Source: an uncultured Actinomycetes bacterium (lineage in GTDB: Bacteria; Actinomycetota; Thermoleophilia; UBA2241). Taken from it: a DNA stretch of 64,000 bases. Below the pieces are notes generated by a model. It made no database searches and was not told the DNA's origin. It worked only from the letters and a program-made list of their open reading frames with translations. The translations under genes were made by a program, and so were the position numbers. Of the stretch, positions 11,719 through 21,750 are shown piece after piece. The stretch covers positions 1-64,000 of the forward strand of contig CAVPVX010000006.1 in the NCBI GenBank assembly GCA_963709345.1. Direction: 5' to 3'. Position 1 is the first letter of the stretch, and every line of letters begins with the position of its first letter.

Positions 11719-12906
11719 ATGGCTAGAGTACAGATGTACTCCATGGAGTGGTGCCCCTACTGCGCGAAGGCCAAGGCGCTGCTCGGCGCCAAAGGCATCG
11801 GGTACGACGTGGTCGACGTCACCGACGACGAGGAAGCGGCGCTCGAGATGGTCGAGCGCACCGGCCAGCAGGGCGTACCCCAATTCTTCATCGACGAGCG
11901 CTACGTCGGCGGCTACGACAACCTCGCCTATCTGAATGCGACGGGGGCCCTCGACCAGATGTTCGGGATCGCCTCGACGGTCGACCTCACGCGGGTGTGG
12001 GACGTCGCCGTGGTCGGCGGCGGACCGGCCGGCCTCACGGCCGCTCTGTACGCTGCCCGCAAGAATCTCTCCACCATCCTCATCACCCTGGACCTGGGCG
12101 GCCAGGTGGGCGTCACCCACCTCGTCACCAACTACCCGGGGCTGCCCGTCGTCGAAGGACCGGAGCTCGTGCGGCTCATGTTCGAGCAGGCGTACATGTA
12201 CGGTCTCGAGCGTATGATCGGCGAGCGTGTCACGGGGGTGCGCGTGGACGGCCGGGCCAAGGTGCTGGACCTCCAGTCCGGTAAAGAGGTCAGGGCGCGC
12301 GCCGTGATCGTCGCCAGCGGCGCGCAGAAGCGCCACCTCGAGATTCCCGGCGAGACCGAGTTCTCGGGCCGGGGCGTCGTCTACTGCTCGACCTGCGACG
12401 GCCCGTTCTACCGCGACAAGACCATCGCCATCGTCGGCGGCGGCAACTCGGCGCTCGAAGCGGCCATCGAGATGAGCGGCATCGCCGGGAAGGTGTTCGT
12501 GGTCAGCCGCGGGGAGTGGAGCGGCGACGAGGTGCTGAAGGACAAGGCGGGTTCGGCGCCGGGCGTCAAGAAGCTCGTGGGCTACGAGCCCGTCGAGATC
12601 CTCGGTCACGAGGTCGTCGAGAAGCTCGTGCTGCGCAATAGGAAGAGCGGCAAGAACCGGACGCTGAAGGTGGACGGCGTCTTCATCGAGGTCGGCCTGT
12701 CGCCCAACTCCGACCTCATGCTCGACCTCGCGCGCACCAACCAGCGCGGTGAGGTCGTCGTCGACGAGACGGGCGACAGCGGCGTGCGCGGCGTGTTCGC
12801 CGCCGGCGACGTCACTGTCGGCAAGGACAAGCAGATCGTCATCGCCGCCGGCGAGGGCGCCAAGGCGGCGCTGGCGGCTTTCGACTACCTGATCACACAG
12901 CGGTGA
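11719..12906 (+). CDS. Glutaredoxin-thioredoxin reductase fusion
   Basis: N-terminal Grx (WCPYC, VPQ, GG.D) followed by TrxB-type GGGPAG, YCSTCDG, GGGNSA and AAGD. Confidence 0.88.
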   Translation: MARVQMYSMEWCPYCAKAKALLGAKGIGYDVVDVTDDEEAALEMVERTGQQGVPQFFIDERYVGGYDNLAYLNATGALDQMFGIASTVDLTRVWDVAVVGGGPAGLTAALYAARKNLSTILITLDLGGQVGVTHLVTNYPGLPVVEGPELVRLMFEQAYMYGLERMIGERVTGVRVDGRAKVLDLQSGKEVRARAVIVASGAQKRHLEIPGETEFSGRGVVYCSTCDGPFYRDKTIAIVGGGNSALEAAIEMSGIAGKVFVVSRGEWSGDEVLKDKAGSAPGVKKLVGYEPVEILGHEVVEKLVLRNRKSGKNRTLKVDGVFIEVGLSPNSDLMLDLARTNQRGEVVVDETGDSGVRGVFAAGDVTVGKDKQIVIAAGEGAKAALAAFDYLITQR

Positions 12907-12936
12907 CGGGGCGGCGGCCGGAGCGCCGCCGCCCCG
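12907..12936. terminator. GC-rich stem-loop between convergent genes
   Basis: 12-bp perfect stem CGGGGCGGCGGC/GCCGCCGCCCCG with a 6-nt loop. Confidence 0.55.
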
Positions 12937-12945
12937 CAGAGCGAC

Positions 12946-14754
12946 TCAGATGCAGCCCGTGTGCTCGAGGATGAACTCGACCGTGCGCCGGTCGTAGTCG
13001 ACGCGGTGCTCGAGCCCGCTGATCTCGTGACCCTCGTCCGGGTACACGACGTAGTCGCAGACGCGCCCGCGCGCCCGCAGGCTCTCCGCGACCTCGGCGA
13101 TCTGACGCGGGGGGCAGCGTGGGTCCAGGGCGCCGCCGAGGAGCAGGAGCGGCGCCTCGACGTCGTCCAGGTGGTTGATCGGCGAGTAGTACTCGAGCTT
13201 GGCGCGGTCCTTCTCGATGTTCCCCGTGTTCTCGCGGTCCCACCAGCGCAGGTCGGCGCGGATCGCGGGGTCGAGCTGGCTGTCGATGAAGTCGAAGAAG
13301 GGCACGCCGGCGACTCCCGCCGCCCAGAGATCCGGGAACTGTGTCACCGCGGCCATGGTGTGGAACCCACCCCAGCTGCGCCCGGTGATCGCGATGCGCG
13401 TCGGGTCACAGCCGAGCTGCACGAGGTACTCGTGCGCGGCGGCCACGTCGAGGACCTCACCCTGGCCCATCAGCCAGCGATTGGCGAGCTGCCAGCGCCG
13501 GCCGTACCCGTCGCTGCCGCGGTAGTTCGGGTGGATCACGGTAACGCCCGCGGCGACGAACGCCTGGCGCAGCGCGTCCCATTCGTTGGAGTGGTGCCAG
13601 GTCGGGCCGCCGTGCACGATCACGACTCCGGCGCCGTTGGGCTCGTCAGGTTCGACCAGCAGTCCGGGCACCTCGGCCAGGTGGTCCCAGCTCGTGTAGT
13701 GCACCGGCGCGCCGGAGACGAACTCGTGCTCGTGAAGGTCGGCGGGCAGCGACTCGGTGAGCTGTGTGACCTCGCCGCTGACGAGCTCCACGCGGAACAG
13801 GTCGGCTGGGTGGTCTGGGCCGCTCAGCACGCAGTAGAGGCCCGTTCCGTCCGGGCTGAAGCAAGGCGCGTAGTGGTTGCCCGGCCCGACGCTGTGCTCT
13901 GTGAACTCGCCGCTGCGCAGGTCGAGGTGACAGAGCCCAGTCTCGGCCTCGCAGTCGACGAGGAAGGCGAGGGCGCCGCCGTCCGGGGCCCACACCGGGT
14001 GATGGGCGTCGAGCCCGCCCTCCCAGGCCCAGGTGATGGCTTCGGTCGCCAGCTCGTAGACGCCGATGGCGGGATGATCGCCCGGGCCGCCCGCGAAGGC
14101 GATGCGGCGCCCGTCGGGCGACCAGGCGAGCTGGCCGGCATGGAAGGTGTCGGAGCCGCCCACGACGCCACATGGGCCGGACTCCAGGTCGATGAGGAGG
14201 ATCGCCGTATCCTGACCGCGCACGCCGCTGGTGACGGCAAGCATGCGACCGTCCGGCGACCAGCGCGGGGAGCTCTCCGTGTACGGATGCTCGCTCAGGT
14301 GGCGCATGCCCCGGCCCCTGGGGGTCACGGCGGCCGGCATGACGGCGACGGAGTAGCCGGCATCACGCGAGGCGGTCATCGCGATGCGCGAGCCGTCGGG
14401 GCTGAGGTCGAAGTCGGGGAGAGGAGAGAACTCGGGCGTATCGGGCAGCAGGTTCTCGAGCGTGCCGGTCGCCAGCTCGTAGCGGTAGAAGTCGAAGCAC
14501 TCCGAGCCGCGGTCGTCGCGAGCGAAGTAGAGGTAGCGGCCATCTGCGGAGAACTGCGGGCTGGCGCAGGGGTCATCGAGCTCGCCGACGCGCCGCGGCT
14601 CGCCTTCGTCGGCAGCGATCATGAAGATCTGCCAGTCGCCGTCCCGGTACCACTGGAAGGCGATGGTGGCGCCGTCGGGCGAGATCGCGTAGGGCCGTGA
14701 CTCCTCGCCGACCATCGGGACGGCGGCCAGTTCGTCGATGAGCGTGGTACCCAC
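12946..14754 (-). CDS. S9 family peptidase (TolB-like propeller plus alpha/beta hydrolase)
   Basis: Repeated WSPDG, HGGP, GRSWGG nucleophile, D.RC, EGH. Confidence 0.9.
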   Translation of the reverse strand: MGTTLIDELAAVPMVGEESRPYAISPDGATIAFQWYRDGDWQIFMIAADEGEPRRVGELDDPCASPQFSADGRYLYFARDDRGSECFDFYRYELATGTLENLLPDTPEFSPLPDFDLSPDGSRIAMTASRDAGYSVAVMPAAVTPRGRGMRHLSEHPYTESSPRWSPDGRMLAVTSGVRGQDTAILLIDLESGPCGVVGGSDTFHAGQLAWSPDGRRIAFAGGPGDHPAIGVYELATEAITWAWEGGLDAHHPVWAPDGGALAFLVDCEAETGLCHLDLRSGEFTEHSVGPGNHYAPCFSPDGTGLYCVLSGPDHPADLFRVELVSGEVTQLTESLPADLHEHEFVSGAPVHYTSWDHLAEVPGLLVEPDEPNGAGVVIVHGGPTWHHSNEWDALRQAFVAAGVTVIHPNYRGSDGYGRRWQLANRWLMGQGEVLDVAAAHEYLVQLGCDPTRIAITGRSWGGFHTMAAVTQFPDLWAAGVAGVPFFDFIDSQLDPAIRADLRWWDRENTGNIEKDRAKLEYYSPINHLDDVEAPLLLLGGALDPRCPPRQIAEVAESLRARGRVCDYVVYPDEGHEISGLEHRVDYDRRTVEFILEHTGCI

Positions 14755-15119
14755 GACTTGTCCTCCTCATTCTTCCCGGGATTCCGGCACCGCCGCCGGC
14801 AGGCTCCATCACATCGAGTGGAGCGGCTGGGAGCCAGTCTAGCGGGTCTTCCGTACCGCCGCCTACCGCGGCCTATCTATGCCGGAGGCAGCGCGCTCCC
14901 GGCGGCGGATGGGGTGGCAACGACTGCCGGCGTCGTCATCATCTCAACCCTGGGTATGACGACGACGCCGGTCGACCGCGCTACGATGGTCGCGCCACGA
15001 TCACCCGCTTCCAGCGCTCCAGACGCCGGCGGCGATCAGGGCCCGCGGTTCACGATGAGCGTCCGATCCCGGCCCTGGAGGTCCTGGTGTTTTCCGCGTC
15101 GATCGAGACCGGCTGGTTC

Positions 15120-15413
15120 TCAGCCGCGCGTCTCTGCGAAGGTCTTGAACTCCTTGAGGTCACGCTCGAGATGCGCGGCGACCGCGACTGCGTCGCCCTG
15201 GAAATCCACGGTCACGCTCACGCGCGTTCCGCCGGGGATCTCCTCAAGCGTCACGACGCCGGCTTGCTTGGCGTCGTCCGCAGGCGACCATTCCACGTCG
15301 GCGGCAGACGCCTGGTAGTGGCCGATCAGCGTGCGAAACATGAACTGCGTCCACTCCTTGTCGACCTTCGCGATAGGCACATCGACATCTGTCGAGCGCG
15401 TCAACTTAGCCAT
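15120..15413 (-). CDS. Small SRPBCC/cyclase-like protein
   Basis: S.DVDVP....W..F ... GVVTL....GTRVSV ... DLKEFK.FAE pattern; RBS upstream. Confidence 0.6.
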   Translation of the reverse strand: MAKLTRSTDVDVPIAKVDKEWTQFMFRTLIGHYQASAADVEWSPADDAKQAGVVTLEEIPGGTRVSVTVDFQGDAVAVAAHLERDLKEFKTFAETRG

Positions 15414-15490
15414 GAAGCCCTCCGTTCTTCTCGTGGCCGGTCCAGTGTCGACGGTGCCCGCCTGCCGGTCGTCCAAACCACTTCATCGTT

Positions 15491-16201
15491 GTGACCAAAG
15501 CCCCCACCCCCATCCTCCCCAGGGGGGCCGGCGGCCCGCTGTGGCGGGCCGCCGGCCGGGTCTCTCTCTCAGCGGAGTGTCAGCGCTCCGACGGAGCGCC
15601 CGGCCCGGCCTCCCCGGCTGCGGTCATTCTCGAGCCTGACCCCCTGATCCGATTGCTGGTCACGACCGCCGTCCGCGGTCTCGGATTCGTCCTCGGGCCT
15701 GCGCCGACCGATCCTGTTGTGGTCGCGTTCGTTTCGCTCGAGCGCCCCGACGGTTGCCGGCGTGTCCGGGCGGCGTCGCCGTCGGCCGGTGGGAGCGGCT
15801 CCGCCGCGCCGACGGTCGCGCCGTTCGTCGTCGGATACGGCACGGGGTCGCTGGCGTCGCTGGCCGTCCACAGAGCTCACGCGTGCGTCGACCTGGTTCT
15901 CGCACTCCGTGCCGCCGACGACCGGGCGGCGTTCACTCATCTGCCTGCGGACGACTTGGTCAGATGCGCGGGGCTCACGGCGAGGGAGGCCGACGTCCTC
16001 GTGCTCCTGTTGGCCGGGCTCACGACGACAGCCATCGCGGTGCGCCTGTGCGTCTCGGCGGCCACGGCCCGCAGCCACTGCCGAGCCGTGCTCCGCAAGC
16101 TCGGGGCGAGCGACCGGCAGGCGCTGCGCTCCCGCTTCCTCACCGGTCCGCCGCCGGCTGCGTGCGGCGCTTCGTGGAGCGGCGCATCGAGGTTTGCCTA
16201 G
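15491..16201 (+). CDS. LuxR-type HTH regulator with degenerate N-terminal region
   Basis: LTAREADVL.LL..GLT..AIA..L.VS..TAR.H...VLRKLG; start uncertain. Confidence 0.7.
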   Translation: MTKAPTPILPRGAGGPLWRAAGRVSLSAECQRSDGAPGPASPAAVILEPDPLIRLLVTTAVRGLGFVLGPAPTDPVVVAFVSLERPDGCRRVRAASPSAGGSGSAAPTVAPFVVGYGTGSLASLAVHRAHACVDLVLALRAADDRAAFTHLPADDLVRCAGLTAREADVLVLLLAGLTTTAIAVRLCVSAATARSHCRAVLRKLGASDRQALRSRFLTGPPPAACGASWSGASRFA

Positions 16202-16314
16202 CCACCGTCACCAACTTTGACGAGGAATCGGCTGTGGCGCCCGCCCCGCCGCGCCTCCATACTTGAGACGGGGTCGCGGGCCCTGCAGGAGAGCAGGGCC
16301 GCCCGCGACCGTGC

Positions 16315-16599
16315 TTGACTGCCGGCCAGGGCGTGGGGGAGTGCGTGGACAACGACGCATCGACCAGTGGGTCCGTGACGAGCCCGAGGCGCACATGGGT
16401 CCGCGTCATGACGGTCTTCAAGGTGCTCGGTGTCGACGTCGGGTGGTATGGAATCGCCGGGTCTGTCGCGCCGATCTCCGGCCCGGTGCTGTACTACGTC
16501 TTCCCGGCCGTGTACGGTGGCCCCGCCACCCCGTCGAGTGAGGCCGGCGACGACACCATCGCCATCGTCGAGGGTGAAGCAGCAGAGGACGCCGCCTGA
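16315..16599 (+). pseudogene. Short ORF, possibly the C-terminal remnant of a permease
   Basis: One hydrophobic segment (..SGPVLYYVF..VYGG) and an acidic tail; TGATG overlap with the downstream mttB-family gene. Confidence 0.35.
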
Positions 16600-18032
16600 T
16601 GCAGACGCAGATACAGGTCCTCTCGGAGGACGAGAAGGCGCAGGTCCACGAGCGCACGCTCAAGGTCCTGAGCACCGTCGGCATGCGCTGCGACACGGCG
16701 GAAGGTCGCCGCATCCTCGCGTCGGCCGGTGCCGATGTCGACGAGGCGACCCGCATGGTGCGCTTCCCGCCGGAATTGGTCGAGAGCCTGCTGGGGCAGG
16801 CGACCCGGCAGTTCACCGTCCAGGGTCGCAGGCCGGGCTGGAGCTTTCCGGTGGGCGCCGGCGACTTCACCTTACTCGCCGACGGCGGCGCCACCTCCGT
16901 CTTCGACGCACGGACCGGCGAGCGCCGGCCCACCACGCTCGACGACTGGCGTGTCGCGACGCGGCTGCTCGACGCCATCGACGACGTCGGCTTCTACTGG
17001 TGTCCCATCGACTACGACGTCGACTACGAGCGCCCCGGCGGCTTCGTGCGCTACTACGCCGACGTCTTCGCCACCTTCGGCAAGCACGTGCAGGACTCGT
17101 TCGGCACCCCGGAGCTGGTTCCGTGGCTCAAGGAGGTGCTCGATATCGTGTTCGGTGGGCCCGACGAGGTTCGCGAGCGCATGCCGATGTCGTTCCTCAT
17201 CACGCCCGCGTCGCCGCTGACCATCGAGCATGACTTCACCCAGACGTGGCTTGATCTGCGCGACTACGGCCTGCCGGTGGCGATAATGCCGATGCCGCTG
17301 CAGGGCGCCACGGCGCCCGGCAGCCGTCTCGGCACGCTCCTCGCCGCCAACTGCGAGACGATCGGCACGCTCTGCCTCGTCCAGGCGGCAGCGCCGGGCA
17401 CGCCGGTGTTCTACGCTCCTGTGCTCGCCACGATGGATCCCCGCACGGGGCTGTACGCCGCCGGCGCGATCGAACACGCGGTACTCTGCGCCGCCGGCAC
17501 CGAGATGGCCCGCCACTACGGTCTGCCTGCCGAGTCCTCGGGCCTCTGCACGCAGACCTACGAGCCCGACATGCAGACCGCCTGGGAGAAGGCCGACAGC
17601 GGGCTGCTCGTCGCTCTGGCCGACCCGGACGTCCTCGTCGGCCCGGGGCTGCTGGGGGGCGCCACGATCCTGTGCCTTGAGCAGATCGTCCTGGACGTCG
17701 AGATGATCCGCAACGCTCGCCAGGCGCACACCGGCGTGCCCGTCCGCGACGACCTCTGGCTCGACGAGATCCTCGACAAGGTCGGGCCGTGCGGCTCGTT
17801 CCTCGGCGAGCGCTCTACGCGGCTCGGCACCCGCAACGGCGAGTGGCGCCTCAGCGACTTCGGCGTCCAGAGCAGCTGGGACGCGTGGCGGGCGGCGGGC
17901 TCTCCGAGCACCATGGCCGCCGCCCGCGAGCGCGTGGACGCCGTCCTTGCCGGGCAGGTCTCGCTGCCGTACAGCGACGACCAGGCTGCGGCTCTCGCCG
18001 AGCTGCAGCGGCGCGCCGACGCGGCATCGTAG
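16599..18032 (+). CDS. Trimethylamine methyltransferase (MttB) superfamily protein, non-pyrrolysine type
   Basis: LS.DE..QVHE.TL.VL..VG, SPL, GATAP, MDPRTG, D.Q.AWEK and VGP.G.FL; no internal TAG. Confidence 0.88.
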   Translation: MQTQIQVLSEDEKAQVHERTLKVLSTVGMRCDTAEGRRILASAGADVDEATRMVRFPPELVESLLGQATRQFTVQGRRPGWSFPVGAGDFTLLADGGATSVFDARTGERRPTTLDDWRVATRLLDAIDDVGFYWCPIDYDVDYERPGGFVRYYADVFATFGKHVQDSFGTPELVPWLKEVLDIVFGGPDEVRERMPMSFLITPASPLTIEHDFTQTWLDLRDYGLPVAIMPMPLQGATAPGSRLGTLLAANCETIGTLCLVQAAAPGTPVFYAPVLATMDPRTGLYAAGAIEHAVLCAAGTEMARHYGLPAESSGLCTQTYEPDMQTAWEKADSGLLVALADPDVLVGPGLLGGATILCLEQIVLDVEMIRNARQAHTGVPVRDDLWLDEILDKVGPCGSFLGERSTRLGTRNGEWRLSDFGVQSSWDAWRAAGSPSTMAAARERVDAVLAGQVSLPYSDDQAAALAELQRRADAAS

Positions 18033-18090
18033 CATCTCGACCGGATCAGGGGAGTCGGCGCGCCGCCGGCCCCGCCGCGTGGTGGCTCCG

Positions 18091-19392
18091 TCAGTCGCCC
18101 AGAGCGTCGTACACAAGGCCAGTCAGCAGCTTGGGGTAGAAGTACGTGGACTTCTGCGGCATCGTCTCGCCGTGGTCGGCGACGGCGCGCACCTGACTCA
18201 CTCGGGTCGCCGGCAGAAACGCGCCGAGGGCGTACTCGCCGCCGGCGAGCGCCTCCAGTGCGTCCGGGACGCTCTTTGCGTAGTCGGTGTGTCGCTCGGC
18301 GTCGCCCGCGTCCATGCCGAGCGCTTCGTGGAAGACCAGTTCATGCAGAGCCGTCACCGACAGCCCGGCGGTCTCTGGAGAGAAGCCGGAGGCGAGCAGA
18401 CGCTCCGTGGCGGCCGGCTCGCGTGCCTTCAGGATGAGGCACGTGGCGCTCTCGGTGAGGTACAGGCCGAAGACCCTGTCCTCTCCGGTGTGTGCACTCA
18501 CTTCATCGAGCGCGCGACGACACGCCTTGCTTCCCGTGAGCGGCTCGCCGATGAGCTCGAGGGATGTCTCGAGGCGCCGGCGCAGCTCCTCGCTGCCGGG
18601 CACGGCGACCCCTCGTACCAGGCGATGCGTCGGGAAGACGGTGAGGCCTGGATCGCTGATGCTGCACAGGTAGACCATCAGCGTGTCGGCGCTGTGGTCG
18701 CCGTCTGCGCGGCGCTCGTCCCGATAGGCGAGCGCCGTCTCGTAGCGATGGTGACCGTCGGCGATGTACAGCGGCCGGTCGCGCAGCGCGGTGGCCACGC
18801 CTTCCGCGGCGAGGCCGGCGAGAGGTACGAGGCGATGCCGGTTGCCGTCGCCGTCCGTGGCCTCGCGCGGTGCGGCTGCGGGAGACCCACTCGCCGCCTT
18901 GAGCGCGGATCCGACCGCACCGTCGTCGTCCGGAAAGAGGAGGAAGATCTGGCTGAGGTCGGCGTGCGCGGCTCGGTAGAGCCGGAGCCGGTCGAGCTTG
19001 GGTCCGGAGTGCGTGCGCTCGTGCGGAAGTACGACGCGCTCGTCGAAGCCCGCCAGCTCGACGCGCGCGATGAAGCCGCGCCGCGTGCGCACGCGGCCGT
19101 CCGGTCCCGTGTACGTCTGGTCGACGAGGTACAGGCACGACTTCTCGTCGCGTAGCAGCACGCCGTCGTCGCGCCAGCTTGAGAAGGTCGCGGCAGCCTC
19201 CGCGTACGCCGACTCGCGCGCCGTCTCGCCGGGGAGCACGGGGAGGTCGATGTGGGCGGCGTTGTAGGAGCTCCGCGCTCGCAACTCGGCGGCCTGCGCC
19301 GCGGGCATGACGTCGTAGGGCGGCGCGACGAGCTCGTCGAGCGGCAGGTCGTTGCGGTAGCGGATACCGCGGAACAGGGAGACGTTGGCCAT
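18091..19392 (-). CDS. DUF1015 family protein
   Basis: APPYDV, PHERT, IADGHHRYE, PTHR and MPQKSTYFYPK motifs. Confidence 0.92.
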   Translation of the reverse strand: MANVSLFRGIRYRNDLPLDELVAPPYDVMPAAQAAELRARSSYNAAHIDLPVLPGETARESAYAEAAATFSSWRDDGVLLRDEKSCLYLVDQTYTGPDGRVRTRRGFIARVELAGFDERVVLPHERTHSGPKLDRLRLYRAAHADLSQIFLLFPDDDGAVGSALKAASGSPAAAPREATDGDGNRHRLVPLAGLAAEGVATALRDRPLYIADGHHRYETALAYRDERRADGDHSADTLMVYLCSISDPGLTVFPTHRLVRGVAVPGSEELRRRLETSLELIGEPLTGSKACRRALDEVSAHTGEDRVFGLYLTESATCLILKAREPAATERLLASGFSPETAGLSVTALHELVFHEALGMDAGDAERHTDYAKSVPDALEALAGGEYALGAFLPATRVSQVRAVADHGETMPQKSTYFYPKLLTGLVYDALGD

Positions 19393-19492
19393 GACCCTCC
19401 TCACCTTCGCGGGCGTACGCGTGTGTACAGCGCCGTCCTGCCAGCACCGTCGCGCGTGGCTGCGGCACAGTATAGCGGGGCCGGGCGAGGGG

Positions 19493-21022
19493 CTAGTTTC
19501 GGATGATGACCGGCATGCCGACGACGACCAGGTCGAAGAGCTGGATGGCGTCGGCGTTGTGCATGCGGATGCAGCCGTGAGAGGCGTAGCTGCCGATGGT
19601 GCCCTCGGAGCTAGGTGGGACGCCGTGGATGCCGATGGCCGGCGCGCTGGTGCCGATCCAGCGCGTGCCGAGCGGGTTGTTGACGCCGGGCGGGACAGGC
19701 TCGGCGTCCTTGGCCCAGTCCGAATCCGGCGGCATCCAGGTGGGGTCCTTGCTCTTGTTCACGATCGAGTACGAGCCGGTGGGCGTGGGGTAGGCCGCCG
19801 AGCCGGCCGCCACGGGGTAGCTCTTGTACAGCTTGCCGCCGCGGTAGAAGTAGAGACGCAGGTCGCCGAGGTCGACGATGAGCTGGCCGCTCAAGGCGTT
19901 GAGCACGTTGCCGCCGACGATGCCGTCGACCTCAAGGCCGTACCTGGCCTGCAGCGCACGGACGGCCTTCTCGGTGGCCGAGTCGTAGACGCCGGACTTC
20001 GCGTTCTTGAGCACGCCCGCGTCGGTGAGCTTGTTCTGGAGCTGTTTGACGTCCTTGCCCCGGGCGCCTATCCACATGACGGCGGAGCCGAACTTCTCGG
20101 TGCTGTCGACGACGAACGTCTGCCTCTTGGTGACGACGTTGCCGCCCTTGTCGGCTGCGGTGACCACGATGGTGTGGCGGCCCTGGGCGAGGCCGCTGGT
20201 GCCGAACTTGAACTTCGGCGGCGTCCCGGTGAGCTTGCGCGCCTCGCCGTCCAGCACGAACTTGACCTCGGGCGTGCCGAGCTGGTCGGTGGCCTTGACG
20301 CGCACCGTGATGCCCGCTTTCTTGATGGTCTTGGGCAACTCGGTCGTCTTGAGCGTGGGCGGCTCGGCGTCGACGAAGACGCTCAGTTTCTTGGTGGTGG
20401 CGTTGCCGGCGCGGTCCGAGGTCGTGATCGCGACGTCCGACGGACCGTCCGGCAGGTTGGCGCTGACGGAGTAGGCGCCGGAGGCGTCGGCGGTGCCGCT
20501 GGCCTTGACGTTGCCGCTGCTCACGGTGACCGTGGCGTAGGGCTCCGTCTTGCCGCTGAAGGTAGGAGGCGAGGTGTTGATCTGGCCCTCATCGGCATCG
20601 CCGTCCAGCTCGAGCTTGGGGATGCTGGTGTCGACGGTGAAGCGCCAGTCTTTGCGCACCTGCTGCCGGAAGATGTTGGAGCTGGTGGCCTCGAATGCCA
20701 CGGAGTGGGAGCCGTCCGACAGATCACCGGTGGTGAAGGACAGCTTGTCGCTGCTGCGGGTGGTGCCGGCGGTGACGTCCTTGCCGTCAAAGGCTACGCG
20801 GACGTTCTTGAGCTTCGCCAGACCCTTGACGTTGAGCACGACGGTGAGCGACCGGTTCTTGACATACGAGTCCGGGCCCGGCGTGACCGCCGAGACACGG
20901 GGAACGCCTATGAGCTGCCAGCCGAGGATGAGGGCCGACACGCAAACCGCCGCTACGACTAGGTACGGCCAGCGGCGGCGACGGCGTTCGCGCTTGTAGA
21001 CTCTGTAGTTTGCTTCCGGCAT
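19493..21022 (-). CDS. Membrane-anchored L,D-transpeptidase with Ig-like and peptidoglycan-binding domains
   Basis: N-terminal TM, Ig-like repeats (D.AGN), PG-binding (DVKQLQ..L...GLEVDGIVG), YkuD IGIHG...SHGCIRM. Confidence 0.88.
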   Translation of the reverse strand: MPEANYRVYKRERRRRRWPYLVVAAVCVSALILGWQLIGVPRVSAVTPGPDSYVKNRSLTVVLNVKGLAKLKNVRVAFDGKDVTAGTTRSSDKLSFTTGDLSDGSHSVAFEATSSNIFRQQVRKDWRFTVDTSIPKLELDGDADEGQINTSPPTFSGKTEPYATVTVSSGNVKASGTADASGAYSVSANLPDGPSDVAITTSDRAGNATTKKLSVFVDAEPPTLKTTELPKTIKKAGITVRVKATDQLGTPEVKFVLDGEARKLTGTPPKFKFGTSGLAQGRHTIVVTAADKGGNVVTKRQTFVVDSTEKFGSAVMWIGARGKDVKQLQNKLTDAGVLKNAKSGVYDSATEKAVRALQARYGLEVDGIVGGNVLNALSGQLIVDLGDLRLYFYRGGKLYKSYPVAAGSAAYPTPTGSYSIVNKSKDPTWMPPDSDWAKDAEPVPPGVNNPLGTRWIGTSAPAIGIHGVPPSSEGTIGSYASHGCIRMHNADAIQLFDLVVVGMPVIIRN

Positions 21023-21246
21023 TTGCCCTTTCCGGGAGGATATCGCTCCGATTATACCCAGAATATCGACAGTGTCGTCGTTATTCTGGAGGAGCGCCAT
21101 GGAACGGTCGTCCAGTTGCGCACGCGAGAGCCGCCCCGGGGCAGGAATGCGGCGCGCCGCGGCAAACTCCCGTCCATGGACGACCTTCTCGCCGATCCAC
21201 GCGCCGCCACCCCGCCTCCGGCGTCCGTCACGTGTGGAGCCGCCGG

Positions 21247-21675
21247 ATGAAGACGGTGCCCTTCGTCCTGCGTGATCACCGCGAGGAGTTGTGGAGGCGT
21301 TGGGCCGAGGCAATCGACGAGCGGGTCGCGCCCGACTACCGGGAGCTCATCAGCAGCCCGCTCGGCCAGAAGATGGTGCGGACGTTCGTGGACGACCTCT
21401 GCGCCTTCAGCGACTGCGAGGACTACGAGGCGCCGGCGCTGGTGCGCCGTGCGGAGGAGCGCGTCGCCGCCGACGCGTCCTACCGCCTGGCGCTCGGCTT
21501 CACGGTCGTCGATCTGGTGGTCGCCCTGCAGTCGCTGCGCGGGGCGATCATCGACGTTCTGCTGGACGCGCTGGTCCTCGACGAGTTGCCGTCCTTCGCC
21601 GACACCCTCGTCCAGGTCAGGCGCAGCGACGACCTGATCGACCGTCTGGTGTGCGCGACGATGACGGCGGCCTGA
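21247..21675 (+). CDS. Small helical protein, RsbRD_N/globin-sensor-like
   Basis: LRDHREEL..RW and R..LGF.V.D.V..LQ.LR pattern. Confidence 0.55.
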   Translation: MKTVPFVLRDHREELWRRWAEAIDERVAPDYRELISSPLGQKMVRTFVDDLCAFSDCEDYEAPALVRRAEERVAADASYRLALGFTVVDLVVALQSLRGAIIDVLLDALVLDELPSFADTLVQVRRSDDLIDRLVCATMTAA

Positions 21676-21750
21676 CGGCGTTCACCGGCCGGCTGCCGCG
21701 TACCTCCGGCCGGCTTGCCCCCTCCCGGCCTCGCGGGTAGGCTTCGTCGG

